Source: Octopus vulgaris (Eukaryota). Taken from it: a DNA stretch of 64,000 nucleotides. Location: contig OX597814.1 in the NCBI GenBank assembly GCA_951406725.2, forward strand, positions 102,858,001-102,922,000, read 5' to 3'. Positions 25,311 to 38,591 of this stretch are shown here, piece after piece (the first letter of the stretch is position 1; every line of letters starts with the position of its first letter). The notes beneath the pieces were generated by a model that ran no database searches, was not told the DNA's origin, and worked only from the letters and a program-made list of their open reading frames with translations. Both the position numbers and the translations under genes were made by a program.

Positions 25311-26839
25311 AAACTGAGTTCTAGAAGCATTGTGCTCCACCCACACACAACAATTAAAATTTTCACTCACTCTACCCCAACAAATCAAACCACTTCTCCC
25401 CTCCCGAACTGCATCACTTCTCTTCCTCACATTTCCTCTTCATATGCTGTGATTATCTCCCACTCCCTAATCCTGTCCTCACTGTATTGTTGCTATCTCC
25501 AGGTTCTCACCAATCACTATTCCCCACCTCCGCTTCCTACTTGTGCCTTTCTTGATAATACCCAGCCATGTGTTTTATGACCAACATACCTTGAGGGTAT
25601 GCTCTGGCACTTGCCACCATTTATCTCTCACTTCCTTACTCTCCTATCCCATCTACTCCCCGTTCCTGATCCCCGTTCCTGGCACTTCGCCACCATCTCT
25701 CTCTTGCACTCTTATTATCGCCCACTCTCTCTCCCTCTCTCTCTTGCTCTTTCATTTGGTTGGGTAGCCATATATTTCCTCTCTCCTGGTAACCATGTAC
25801 CTCCACCCCAGCAACACACCTCTCTGTCACGTTCTTACCTTTCATCATCTGACACATGATCACCTCCTCTAATATCCCCTCCCCTCTAAAATATCTTTTG
25901 TCTTGCAAGGTACTTGGTGTCCCTGCCAGTGTTGGTGTCATGTAAAAACCAGTCCACACTGTAAAGTGGTTGGCATTTGTAAGGGCATCCAGTTGTAAAA
26001 ACCATACCCAAACTGACCACGCCTGTGCTGGTGCCACATAAAAATCACAGAGTCCACTCTGCTGAGTGATTGGTACTAGGAAGGGCATCCAGCTGTAAAA
26101 ACCAAACCAAAACAGACACTGAAGTCTGGTGCATTCTTCTGTCTGGCTAGCTCTTGTGAAATCATCCAATTCATGTCAGCATGAAAGGCAGACATTAAAC
26201 GATGATGGTGATGATGATGGTCCAATTGTCGAAACCATGCCAAGGTAGATTGTAGAACTTAGAACAATCTTCTGTCAAACCATCCCAGCAGTGCGAGTAT
26301 GAAAAACAGATGTTAAACAATGATTCTCGTATACCTTTTCTTTAATATAATATAGGTTGGCCCACTTGCTTTACTTCTCCCTCTAACCAGAGCTGGCAAG
26401 CAGGAGAGTAGCACCAGGTTCCAGTCTAATTTGGTTTGGTTTCCACAGCTGAATGCCCTTCCTAGCACCAACCTCTTTACAGAATGTACTGGGTGCTTTT
26501 ATGTGGCACTGGCATGGGTGCTATCATGTGCAGCCTGCACAGGTGCTTTCGAAGTGGTGCCAGCTCAGGTAGTTTTTACATGACACTAGTATAGGATTCT
26601 TGCAGGTCAATCTTCTTCAGTACAGCTAGGTGCCAGATATCTCAGTCCCTTGTCATTTCGTTAAGCTTCAGTGTTCTGAGATCGTACTCCAGTACTTCAT
26701 CCCATTTATCTTCCTGAGTCTCCCTCTTCCACGAATTCCATCCGCTTAGAGTGATTGGCACTTCTTTATGGAGCTGTCTACATTCATCCTCCAGTGCAGT
26801 CTTCTCTCTTGCATAGTGCATCTAATTCCTCTTATGCCT

Positions 26840-28200
26840 GTAGTAATTAAGGATATGAAGAGAGGACAGGATATTTGGTGGAGTGGGATATGAGCTAGGC
26901 ACCTGTGTAGTCAATCAGGTTGTCCAGGAAGGTATCATACCTAACCACAAGTGTAGCAGCCGTTATAGTCAGCTGCTACAAAGGGAAGGAAATAATTACG
27001 GAGATGTCAAATTGTTGAACCATGTCGAGAAAGTTACAGAAAATATCAGAGCACAACTAATTAAGAAAAACTTGATGGAATGTAGTTTGGTTTTCTACCA
27101 AGGAGAAACACTGTTGATGCTATATTCCTTGCAAGGCACTTGCAGGAGAAGCATTCAGCTAAAAGCAAATTGCTATACTTAGCATTTGTTGGCATGAAAA
27201 AAGGAAGCCTTTGACAAGGCCCCTCACTTTCTCTCATCTGGTGGTTGTTATGGAAGCAAGGTGTAGATGAATGGTTGGTGAGAGCTGCTCAAGCCATGTA
27301 CAAGGATGCTGTCAGTAGGGTGAAAGTCAGCAATGAGTAGAGCAACAAATTTAGGATGGAGATAGGAGTACATCAGGACTCAGTTATCAGCCACATCTTA
27401 TTCATCATAATCCTCTAGGCCATAACAGATGAGTTGAAGACTGTTTGCATACAAGAGCTCTTCTTTGCTAATGACCTTGTTCTTGTAGCTGAATCTCCTG
27501 TAGAATTAGAGAACTGGAATGAAAGGGCCTTAGAGTTAATTTGGCAAAGACCAAAGTACTAGTAAGCAGGAAAGTAGACAAAGTACTAATCTCTTCGAGG
27601 AAATAGTCCTGCTTGATATAGAAGAGGTGTAGAAATTCCAGCCCCCTCTTGTTCACCATAGTCCTCCAGGCAATAACAGAGGAATTCAAGACAGGATGCC
27701 CCTGGGAGCTTCTCTATGCTGATGACCTTGCTTTAATACCAGAATCACTAGCAGAACTAGAGGAGAAGTTTCAGGTATGGAAACAATGTCTAGAATCAAA
27801 GGGCCTTGGAATCAATTTAACTAAAACCAAAGTCTTAATAAAAGTGAAAAGCAAATTGTACATAAACAGCTATGCTACATGTGGAACATGAATGCAGAGG
27901 ACATGTGAAGTGCTTGAAGAAAATAAAGCCAGTATGCTCCGCTGGATGTGCAATGTCAGTGTGCATGTATGACAAAGTGTAAATGCTTTGAGAGAGAAAT
28001 TGGGTAGAAGAGGCAAGAGAGAAAACTGCACTGGTATGGTCATGTGATGTGTATGAATGATGACAACTGCATAAAGAAGTGCTGATCACTAAATGTGGAA
28101 GAGGAATATGTAGGATGACATGGGATGAAATGATGAGAAATTGATGTTGAGCTTCACAGAGGAGATAGTAAAGGAGTAAGACACTTGGTGATTTGGTCTG
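26840..28200 (+). mobile_element. Decayed RTE LINE RT fragments (two overlapping copies)
   Basis: FTIVLQAITEEFKTGCPWELLYADDLALI..ESKGLGINLTKTKV, containing the RT YADD motif. Confidence 0.85.
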
Positions 28201-29932
28201 ATTAGGAAGCCCCATCCAGCTAAGTAAAATCAATGCCATGAAGACATGTCCTTTATATCCATGCCCCCCCCACACACACAATCTGTCCTGTCAAACTTCA
28301 CCCCCCACAGCCCATCTTCCTAGCTTCTCCCACTTCTTGTCGTCTGTGTTCAACACCCACTGTATTCCCTTCCCTCTCTCTCCTACTCTCCCTCATGAAC
28401 CTTCCTGCACAGAGTGTCATCATTTCATGTCCATCTTCCATGCATGCATGGGTAGGATGATTCACAGGAGCTGGCCAGGTGGAAAATCTACCTTCTGCTA
28501 CTGTGTCTGTTTTGGCAGGGTTTTTACAACTGGATTCCCATCCTAACACTAACCACTCTGCAGAGTGGACTCAGTGATTTTTACGTGGCACTAGCACAGG
28601 CGAGATTAGTTTTTGGCATGAATTTTACAGCCAGATGCCCTTCCAAGTGCCAACCATTTTATTGTGGACTGAATGCTTTTTACATGGCACCAGCACTACG
28701 TAACTTGCAATACTACCCCATTTGAGGATGAGAACTCATGTCAGGGTATGAAAGGTTAGAAGGTGACAAAGAAACAGGGGCAGAAACAGGTGTCTTGCTA
28801 TAACAGAGGGCACATTGTAGGAGGTGATCCAAAATCAGATGATGAAAGGTTAAAGTGTGACAGAGAAATAGGGAGGCAGAAATAGGTGTCTTGTTATAGA
28901 GGAGGTACATGGTTACCCAATGAGAGAGAGGGAGAGAGAGCAGCTAGAAATGAGGTCAGAAATAGGTGTGTTGCTGTAGAAGAGATCTGTGGCTACCCAA
29001 CCAGAGGGAAGAACAAGAGAGAGCAGGAGAGGGATGGTGAAGCGCCAGGATATACTCACAAGTAACAAGGTTAGAAACATAGATGTGTAAAGGAAAGAAA
29101 GGTACAAAGGTTGTAATATATGCAGTCAAGTGTTGCCAGGAAGATGCAAATAGGGGTTGGGGATTGGGGTGATTGATGAAAACCTGGGTTGATAGCAGGA
29201 AAGAGGATTGAAAGACACATCTCTGTCCAATCTTTTCCTCACAACATGTCCTCCTGACACGCCTCCCCTCCTTCTCCCACTCACCTTTCACAATCTTGTG
29301 TATTTACCCATTCACTCACTTTATCCAATCCCTGATTCATTTCACTTTATTCATCTCCCCTCAACATGGCTGTACACCACATCACATTTTTACCATGTTA
29401 TCTATCTTACCACCCCCCCTCCCCCTATGGAGGTAGAAATATCTCCCCCTCAACTGCAAGACACCTATTTCTGTCCCTCTGCCCATACTTCTCATCATTT
29501 GACACAAAGCCACCTCCTTCAATACTACCCCTCCTCTTCATTTGAAGAGTCTTGTTCTTGTAATTTGCTTGGTGACCTTGCTGGTGTCAGGTAAAAAGCA
29601 CCCAGCTCACTCTGTAAAGTGGTTGGCATTAGGAAGGGCATCTAGCCTGAAAAACCATATCAAAGCAAGCAGAGCTTGGTGCAGCCCTGACTTTTCCAGC
29701 TCCTGTCAAACCATCCAACCCATACCACCCACAAAGAGATGTCAAATGATGATGACCATCATCATCGCCACCGCTGCCGAAAACCAGAAGAAATACTGCA
29801 AGATATTCAGTCTAACAGCTCACTACTTTATCATTAACCTCCAAAAGATGAAAGACAAAGTTGAATCACACATCTCCTAATTTTTCATATTTATTCAGCT
29901 TTTGAGATTTATGATAATCTGTTTTTCTTCAG

Positions 29933-30041
29933 GAAATTTATTCCCTGGGATGTTGATCTCTCAATGCTGGCAGCTGAGGAACTTTCTGTTGAATTTATCA
30001 GCCAACATCTCCCCACTGACAAGCCTTTATGCCACAACTAT
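29933..30041 (+). CDS. BRAF: RAF kinase exon, RBD end and C1 start
   Basis: cttcag| KFIPWDVDLSMLAAEELSVEFISQHLPTDKPLCHNY |gtaagt. Compare human IGWDTDISWLTGEELHVE...THNF. Phase 2-0. Confidence 0.94.
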
Positions 30042-33000
30042 GTAAGTATTTATTTGTAGACATATCTTTATAATGAAATCTCACATTGGCGCAAGATAGC
30101 ACATTTGTTTTTGAAAGTTGTGTTGATTAAAATGACATCCAATATATTACTGCTACCTGTTTAATTAACCTTGAATCAAAGGCGAGTCTAACTTCTGTAG
30201 GATTTCAATATAAACTAGAATAACTGGCTACTCTAAGGTATTTACAACTTCAATATTTTGAAGTAAGAAATTATTAGGTTGTGGCTGGCCATCTGAGAAT
30301 ATATCAGCAGCTTGCCTTGCCAGTTTACTGGACAAAAGCAATACTCTGTTGCACTTTTGGAAAGAGTTGCTTCAGTGTAAAGTACCTATTGTTTAAGAAC
30401 CTTAGCCATAATACTTGTTTTTGTTTGCAAAACATGTGTTGTGGTTAAGGTCAGCTACTTGACAAATGTAAATGTTTCATCTTAGGATGCAGAGAGCAAC
30501 TGATCATCATATAACTACTGTCTATTGAAAGCCATTTGAAGAGGTTATCAACTTATTAGCTACTTGAAGCATTAGAAGTTTATATTGTATCGGTATTTCA
30601 CTGTATAATGTATAATTAAGTATCTCTATGAATCTTGGAGATTATTTGAATGTGATTTCTACTGTACTTTTTCTGAGAGAGCATCCAAAAAGAAACATTT
30701 TTGATATTTCATTTGTTATATTTGGATGAATATTTTTGGAAATATGACAATTTGAATGATCAGCAAACTTATTGAAATCTTGTCTAATTGGCCTAAATGA
30801 ATAATTAGCTATATTTGTGGTCTCATATAATTTTCAAATTACTCAAATTACTAGTGACCATGGTATACCAGTTGGTTATTATTTTTTTTCAGGATTTTGG
30901 AAAGAAAACTTGGGTGGGAGCAATTTTATATATATATCTCAGACCTATTTTGTTACATGTTACAAGCTGTCAACTTCACAGTGTTTTCAGACCTAATTAA
31001 ATCAAGAAGCACAAGCCACAGGGACTTGAGTTTTGGTACATTTGTAGTTGGTATAGAACTAAATAAATCCTGAGATTTTGGAAGATGACATTCATCATCA
31101 TCATCATCGTTTAACGTCCGTTTTCCACGCTAGCACGGGTTGGACGGTTCGACCAGGGTCTGGGAAGCCAGGGGCTGCACCAGGCTCCAGTCTGATCTGG
31201 CAGAGTTCAAACTGGACAATTAAAAATGGCTATAAATGGTGGAGTTTCAGATTAGGACACCCACATAAGTTGAATTTTCCCCATTTTGACAGATGTTTCC
31301 TTTTTTTTCTTTATCTTTTTTAATCTATTTCAATAAAAGTCTTGGAAAGGATAGGGGTAAGCTTTTTGGAAAATTTATGATTTTTTTCCATCCTCCCATC
31401 CAGGCCGATTTTAGCTAATGTTTTTTTTTTGCATTAAGCACTTAAAAACGATGGGAGAAGCATTTTCACTAAAAAGCTGTATTTGTTTTTAATATTTTCA
31501 AACAAAGAAATTGTGTAATTTAAGGGAGATTTAGCTGTTGTTTCTCACACATCCTACACACACCTGGTTCTTTTCTCAGAATTGCATGTAGACCTAGATT
31601 AAAAAAAAAAAAATACAGGACAAAATATGAAAACTCCTTGTTTTAAGCATTAAAAAACAAAAATTAAAAACATTTGTAACTTACAGCAAAATCATTAGTA
31701 AGAGAGAGAGAAAAAAAAAACCTAAACAAGTATGTAAACAATAACACTAATTGTCTGTCTATATTCAAAATCAGGAAAAAAAATAATCTCATCTGATTTT
31801 AATAGTCTACAAAATTATATTCATTGTACAATATAATTTTTATTGGTGAAATTTGACCAATATTTCTCAAAGGAAAACAAAGTTTACATGTACAAGAATA
31901 TCTGCTAGGTTTCTCTAGCAGCTCTCTGCACATTAAAACAAGTGAGATGAAATAAACATTCTCAATACAACGAGTCTATGGTAAAGTTTGTCTCAATTCA
32001 GTGCATGTGTTTACTTAGTAATTACTTCATCCATTTCTTGAAATTCTGGCTCATGTTCTGTTTGATCTGTTGTTACACGTAAATATGTCAGTTTGGCAAG
32101 TGGCATCAGTATACCACCCACTTTACTAACTTTGTACCCTTTCATCATCATATCGTGGCCAAGTTTAGCAATGACCATATTAAATTTGCAAGAAATTTTT
32201 CTTTCCTATGATATAAAAATTTTGAAGAAAATATGATCTTTTCTAAATGAAAAGTAAAGATAAAATTTTCACGTTTATATTTTGTAATGCTTATATGACC
32301 TACCCCTATATATTTTTATATCAAAATAAAACAAAAACATTCCTCTTCATGACTGTATGATTTTGAACACAACTTGAGTTACAATGCTCCAGGACATTGA
32401 ACCAGAACTAGGGCTACCATTCAGCAGAAAAAAAAAATGGGCTAAACTCTGTAAATGCAAGAAAATACCAGTGTGTTTGAGGGACCCTGACATGATATGT
32501 AACAATCAGACTTTAATTAAAACTATAAAAGAAGAAAGTTCACATCTAAAACTTTCAAATGATATATAATGTTTTGAGGATAATATTTACTTTGACATGA
32601 AAATGAAGCAAAAAGTGTGTTTTTGTGTGTTCAAACTGTGCTTGTCTCCATTATATGGTGCTCTATAGTGATACCTAGTGTAATGCAAAGATATTTTCAA
32701 CTGCCTTCAACATTGGAAAATTGATCAAAAATATTTTTGTTAGCTTACCAGAAAATGTAAAGAAAAACTAATCCAGCGAATTTTCTCTTCATTTGATATA
32801 GTGACGTACATTATTCCTAATTAGGTTAACTGAAGAAAATAGGCCTTTTTTCTGTTATGGAGTCTGTTAGTACATATTTGAATGCATTAGTTTTAGCTAT
32901 CATAATTTGCATACAAATGAAATAGCAAGATGTTTTAGATTAGAAAGAGAAGTATCATTGTTAATGGGGCAGAAAAATACAAACTAATTCTGTTAATGCA

Positions 33001-33811
33001 ACACAATCCTCACTTACAGAAAAACATTCCTGCAGCACTGAACAAATCTGCTTTCTCTTCTGCCCACTCCTCCAGGAAATGTTGAATTCTACTTCTTCAT
33101 GTTAAAAGAAAAATTTAATTCTTTATAGCATCGATTTGTGCTTTTCTTTTTTTATTGACAAATTTTAAGAGTCAGTAGCATACTATAAATTTAAGCAACT
33201 TTAAAGATATTCCAATTATAATACTAATTTCTATTGTTAGCAATTTAGTATATTTTATGAATGATTTAAAACATTTCATATTTATACTACATTTTTGCAT
33301 TTGTAATCTGTTAATGACTATTTTCAGAACTTTCTGACTTCATATAATATTTCAATAGCTTTCTAGTAGAATGGTTTAAGTTTAAATGCAAGATGATTTA
33401 ATGATGCTAAAGTTAAAGGCAACTCCATTGTAAAATATACCAATGTAAGAAAATCCAAGGATGGGCATATATATATATAAATCATACTTTAAAACAAAAT
33501 TATGAATATCTAAAGTAAATATTTTAAATATTCTATAAATTGAAGTATGCTTACCACAAAACTGATAAATCTAATATTTTAATCAATGTGTCCCCTATAA
33601 TAACATAAAACTTTTGAGTTCATTTTGCCAGCCACATCTATATTGTCTCTAGTTTTCTTGAATTTATGTGTTTATATATTTTTATTTTTGTCATTACTAT
33701 GGTAAATTACATTCATGACATCATTTCAAATATTAACCATCTAACATTATGATTTCCTTCTTACCTAATATGCAGTCTAAAAAGATCTAAAGTATAAATT
33801 AACTTTTGTAG

Positions 33812-34011
33812 GTAAGGAAGACATTTTTTACTATAGCTTTCTGTGATCTGTGCAGAAAGTTGTTGTTCCATGGTTGTTATCGCTGTGCAACTTGTGGCCT
33901 CCGCGTGCATCAACGTTGTATACACCGGGCTTACAGCTACTGCGATGGTGGTGATGATTACCATTCACATTATGGTAGTCCAAATAGAATTTCAGAACCA
34001 ATGTACAATCA
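33812..34011 (+). CDS. BRAF: RAF kinase exon, C1 cysteine-rich zinc finger
   Basis: ttgtag| [44 protein letters not shown]...MYN(Q) |gtaagt. The Zn-ligand pattern is retained. Phase 0-2. Confidence 0.95.
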
Positions 34012-34739
34012 GTAAGTAAACACTATTTTATTTACCATTGGAATTTGTATCTTGTGGGAGAGTATATTGCTTTTCATGGATTATCACATTTTATGAGTGT
34101 TTTTTATATTCGTTGCTGACCTAAATTTTAAAAACCTATTAATATTAAGTTACATTTTATTTTTAATTAAAGACCAATTTAATTCTAATTCTAAAGAAAT
34201 AATTACAATTTAATCCTTTAGTTGATATGAAACTAAACAATTGAGAGGTTGACATTTGATTCCTTGTCTGTGGTTAAGATATTTAATTGTAAAATAACCC
34301 AGAGTAAAGGGCAAAAGCAACAAGAAATGTGAGATAAGTAGTTGGAGGAGAATACTGTAAAGGCAAGGAGCAGAAGATAAAAGCAACGAAACTGTCCTGG
34401 GAAGGTGGGCAAGAAGAGAGAACATTGAAGGGGAGAGGCAGAGGAGCAGCATCCTAGCCATCAACACTCTTCTCATTAGCTTTCTTTCTGCCATGCTTGC
34501 CTAAGGGAGCAGGTTTTCTCCATTACAGCATATCCTCAGTTGCTGCAGTCACTTGTCATCTCTTTTATGTGATTCACCATCTTCAGATCGGGTTTTGCCT
34601 CTTCTCTCATGTCTTTCTAGGTCTTCCTCTTCCACAGGCACCATCCACTTTGCTCTGATGGAGAGACCCTTCAGAGAAATATCTTTTTGTTTGTTAAAAA
34701 TTTGGCCTTTAGTGAGCCACATAATTTTATTGTTTCTAG

Positions 34740-34902
34740 ACCATTTCCAGATGTATCTCATACACTACCTACATACGTTTCCAGTCCGTTCAATCAGTTC
34801 CAGACATTGCCAAATCAACGTAACACTCGTAAGCGTCCTCCTCCAATATGCCAGAGAGAGCGTTCAACATCAGCTCCAAATGTCTGCTGTAATCTAGTCA
34901 AT
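34740..34902 (+). CDS. BRAF: RAF kinase exon containing the CR2 14-3-3 site
   Basis: ttctag| PFPDVSH...ICQRERSTSAPNVCCNLVN |gtaagt. RSTSAPNV corresponds to the BRAF S365 / CRAF S259 motif. Phase 2-0. An in-phase alternative acceptor exists at 34713. Confidence 0.92.
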
Positions 34903-35003
34903 GTAAGTAATAGCTTCTACCTTTCATTACTCAATGTTGACTTTGAGAAAAAAATTTTATATATGTATATCACCATTATGATATATATATATACACATAC
35001 ATA

Positions 35004-36220
35004 TATTGGTTCATCGCATACATAATGCAGTTTTCTTATACATTTATTTTTCAAAATTAAGGTAAACAAAGTTCTTTTTTAATCTAAAATATACTCTCCT
35101 TCATTTGTGTGGTAGACTTGCAAGGTTCCTCTTCCAAAATTCACTTGTCCATGACGAAAAATACTCCTCCAGTACTGTTCTGACCTCACCTACAGAATTT
35201 ATATGTGTTCCGTCCAAATGATTTTGAAGATTATGGAATAAATGATAATCAGATGGGGCAGTATCTGGCGAATATGTTGGGTGGGGCATCGTTTCCCATT
35301 CAAACTGCTCCACACTTTGGAATGTCATCCTTGCTGTATGTGGTTGAGCATTATCCTGATGAAAGAACACCATTCGTCTTGAAACCAAAAATGGTCTTTT
35401 TCCTTCTAGCACTGACTTAAGCTGCTCAAGTTGCTTGTAGTAGATCTCCTTTGTTATCATTTGGTTTGGGTTTGAAAGTTCAAAGTGAACTAAACCTTTC
35501 ATATCCAACCAAACAGATAAGAACATCTTACGTGGGTGAAGACCTTCTTTAGCCTGAGCTGCTGCTGTTTCTTCTTTCCTTACCCACTGTCTTGACCACT
35601 TGATATTTCTATATGGAACCCATTTCTCGTCACCAGTCACAATTCGGTCCAAAAAAGGTTCATTTGTGAGATGTGACAGCAAAGAAGAGCACACATTTAC
35701 TCTCTGTGTGCAATTAGACTCAGAAATTTGTGTGAAACCCATTGACCCAATTTGCTGGCTTTTCCGATGGCACGCAGGTGTTGAATGGTCAAATGACCAA
35801 ATCCAAGCTTCTCTGCTGGTTTCTCAACAGTTACAATGGGGTTTCGTTCCATCAAGGTTCGCAGGACTGTTCATCAAGCTCTACACATCTTCTAGGATGA
35901 GGCTCATCCTCTAGGCTGTAGTTTCCAGCTCAGAATTGCTAGAACCACCATTGACACCGGCTTATGCTTATAGTCTGATCCCCAAATACTTTCTATTGTT
36001 GCCTTTATTGAACTCATCAAGCAAAATATGCCAAATATACTCCTTTGTCACTTCCATTGTAGCTTTGGCAAAATAGTTCAAATCAATCTGCACTAACAAT
36101 AAGAACAAGGTAAAATTACTGCCTGCTTTTATACTAAGTTGAAACAGGTTGTTTATCCTGTCCTCTTCCAACTTTTAGTTCATGTAATTGAAAAACCCAC
36201 ATTATTTATGGGATGACCCA

Positions 36221-36223
<3 letters not shown>
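35004..36223 (-). mobile_element. Near full-length, decayed mariner (DD34D) transposon
   Basis: ~30-bp imperfect TIRs (tattggttcatcgcatacataatgcagtttt / aaaaacccacattatttatgggatgacccaata) in TA context. ORF 35101-35742 has VTGDEKWV, HQDNAQPH and YSPDTAPSDYHLF. The N-terminus is frameshifted. Confidence 0.95.
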
Positions 36224-36251
<28 letters not shown>

Positions 36252-36754
36252 CATACAGAGAGAGAGAGGGGAGTAGAGTAAAAATCTGTATGAATATTTA
36301 CTGTTTGTTTAAAGAAAATTGTGTGTGCATGTGTCACTTTGTGCATATTTGTGAGTTTTATATCTATTTTCCCATGCTAGCCTGAGTAGAAAGGATTTAA
36401 CATTTTGGGACATCTTAGTCATAACTGGCAAAATTGGTGTCCACATGTGGGTGTTAATTAGTCTATTTACTAATGTATACGTTTAAAAAATTTCAGTTAC
36501 CCTTTTGCTGTTGTACAAATCATGTTGCCAACTATGCTTTTTTTCTGTAAATTTTAATTGAAACCTCTTTTACTATGAATTTGATAATAGATTTTAATTA
36601 TTACCACTAGTAAATTTCTTAATCATTCTTAACATCTTCGTCACTTGACTTTTCTGTAAACTGGGATGTTAGATTGTTTACAAATTCTAATATTGTTACA
36701 ACTAGTTTTTTCTTATTTCTACATGTTGGATAGCCTTATGTAAATTATAATATA

Positions 36755-37948
36755 CCAGCAGTAATACCTGTCGTTGATCAAGTAATTACTTTTACTGTTT
36801 CTTAGGAGCCACGAAAAATATATAATAATTAAAATAGAAAAAAGATCAATTTCATACATGAACTTGTGTTTGTTTATTATATGACAATAATAAGTGAGTT
36901 GTATGCGTTATTTTATTTATCAATATAGTAAGGGCAATTATATATTTTTATAAGAGAAAAAATATGTAATAATTGAAGTAGGAAAAAGTTCAAATTCATA
37001 AATGAATTTGTGTTTGTTTATTATAAGTGAGTTGTATGTGTTATTTAATTTATCAATACAGTAATGGCAATTATACAATACAGTTCATTTAAATAGGTAA
37101 TTTACTCAATCTTGAATGTTATAATAGTAATGGTAAATTAAATTATTGAAGTATTCATGTCGCATTCAGAGTGAATATTTCTTTATAAACAATGTTTTTT
37201 TGTTTTATTTTGGGGTGCATAAGCAAAAAGATTTGCTTTTGCTGTAACACGTGATGCTCATACATAAAATTGACCATGTGAAAAGCATGGTTCTTCAAGT
37301 AGCAATCCAGCAACTTTTAGTGTTTGGCCCTGACTTTTATTAATGCTGATGGCAAAAGAAAGTGGGATAAGAAACTGTAACCACTCAAATTGGAATAGGA
37401 CATTAGATGGTATAACTGGTATGCGAGGAATGAAAATGGTCTTTTACCACAACCAGTGAGAATATTTGCCTCAATGCACTTCGTCATAAGTTTGTGCACA
37501 ATTAATCTTGTACCATTGTATAATTTTGGATGAGACAAATTATGCAATAGCATAATAGGAGTCCCTTTTTGTCAGGTGAAGACAATGAGGAGCTGTACCT
37601 GGTGGTTCTGGTGAGTTCAAAAATTCGATGGGGTAGTTAACAATACATCCTGATCATCAACAACACTGTCAATTGAGTTATAAGTGAATACTTCTCCCAG
37701 AAGTTTATTCAATAGCATATTATTAATGCTATTTACAGTAACATTTTTTTAGAGCCAGGATGGCTTGCTCACAGATCCAATCTGTATTGCTGTAATTATG
37801 AAGAAGATTAGGAAAGATTTCATCCACCAAATCATTGATGGAATCAGTTGAATTACATATTGGATTGAATGTAAGAAATTAGGCAATGGCATAATATCTC
37901 CTCTTGAATCAAGTACCTTCATTTTGCCGGAGAAAGAGACAGAATTTC

Positions 37949-38008
<60 letters not shown>

Positions 38009-38100
38009 AAAGCATAATAGCTTCCCCTGAACCATTTAGTTTCATTTTGGTGGACAAACGAATGAACAAACGGACAGTGTCTCTCTTTTATTTATATAGA
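36755..38100 (-). mobile_element. Internally deleted Helitron retaining the PIF1-helicase 3' end
   Basis: Minus-strand MLLHNL..LYNGTRLIV..CIEANILTG, SFAISINKSQGQTL and PCFSHGQFY. 5' end TCtatataaataaaag; 3' end aggtattactgCTGG|t. Confidence 0.85.
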
Positions 38101-38524
38101 TAGATAGAAGATAATATTGGAATAGGTTATTAGTTTGAAGAACTGAGTTGGCATATCTTTTGAGCCACATCCCAAACCAAATAGACAAAATCAAGTTAAC
38201 TTTATTGAATTAACGTGTCAGACAAAACAAAATAAGAAATCCAGCTTATAGTTTAAATTACTGTGAAGCAAAATAAGTTGTTGAATAGGTGTGTAGTTAA
38301 CTGAGAGAGAAATTCACCTTTTTGGTGATGGTTCCTGAATAAAATGTAGAGTTAAGAGAAAAAGCATAGCTACTATTTAACTATATTAATGATTGGATGC
38401 TACTTAGCAGCTGTCGTTGAGAGATAGCATATTTCTCTAAGATATTAAGCAATTTGAGAGATAGCATATTTGGCTAATATATTAGGCAATATATTTTGTT
38501 TTCTTTTGTTCCACTCCTATGTAG

Positions 38525-38591
38525 AGCTCCTTTTTGACATCTGAACAAGAATCGGGTAGAAAGAACATGGACTATCCTGGAGATCATTCAA
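38525..38591 (+). CDS. BRAF: RAF kinase hinge exon
   Basis: Long pyrimidine tract then gtag| SSFLTSEQESGRKNMDYPGDHS |gtatgt. Phase 0-1, which is exactly what is needed to join the phase-0 donor at 34902 to the phase-1 acceptor at 50804. Confidence 0.75.

Noticed and set aside
25300-26200. Long ORFs (up to 177 aa) in CT-rich sequence; similar ones at 28238, 29208 and 56905
   Set aside because: Pyrimidine-rich extensions of RTE 3' UTRs. The compositional bias explains the open frames.
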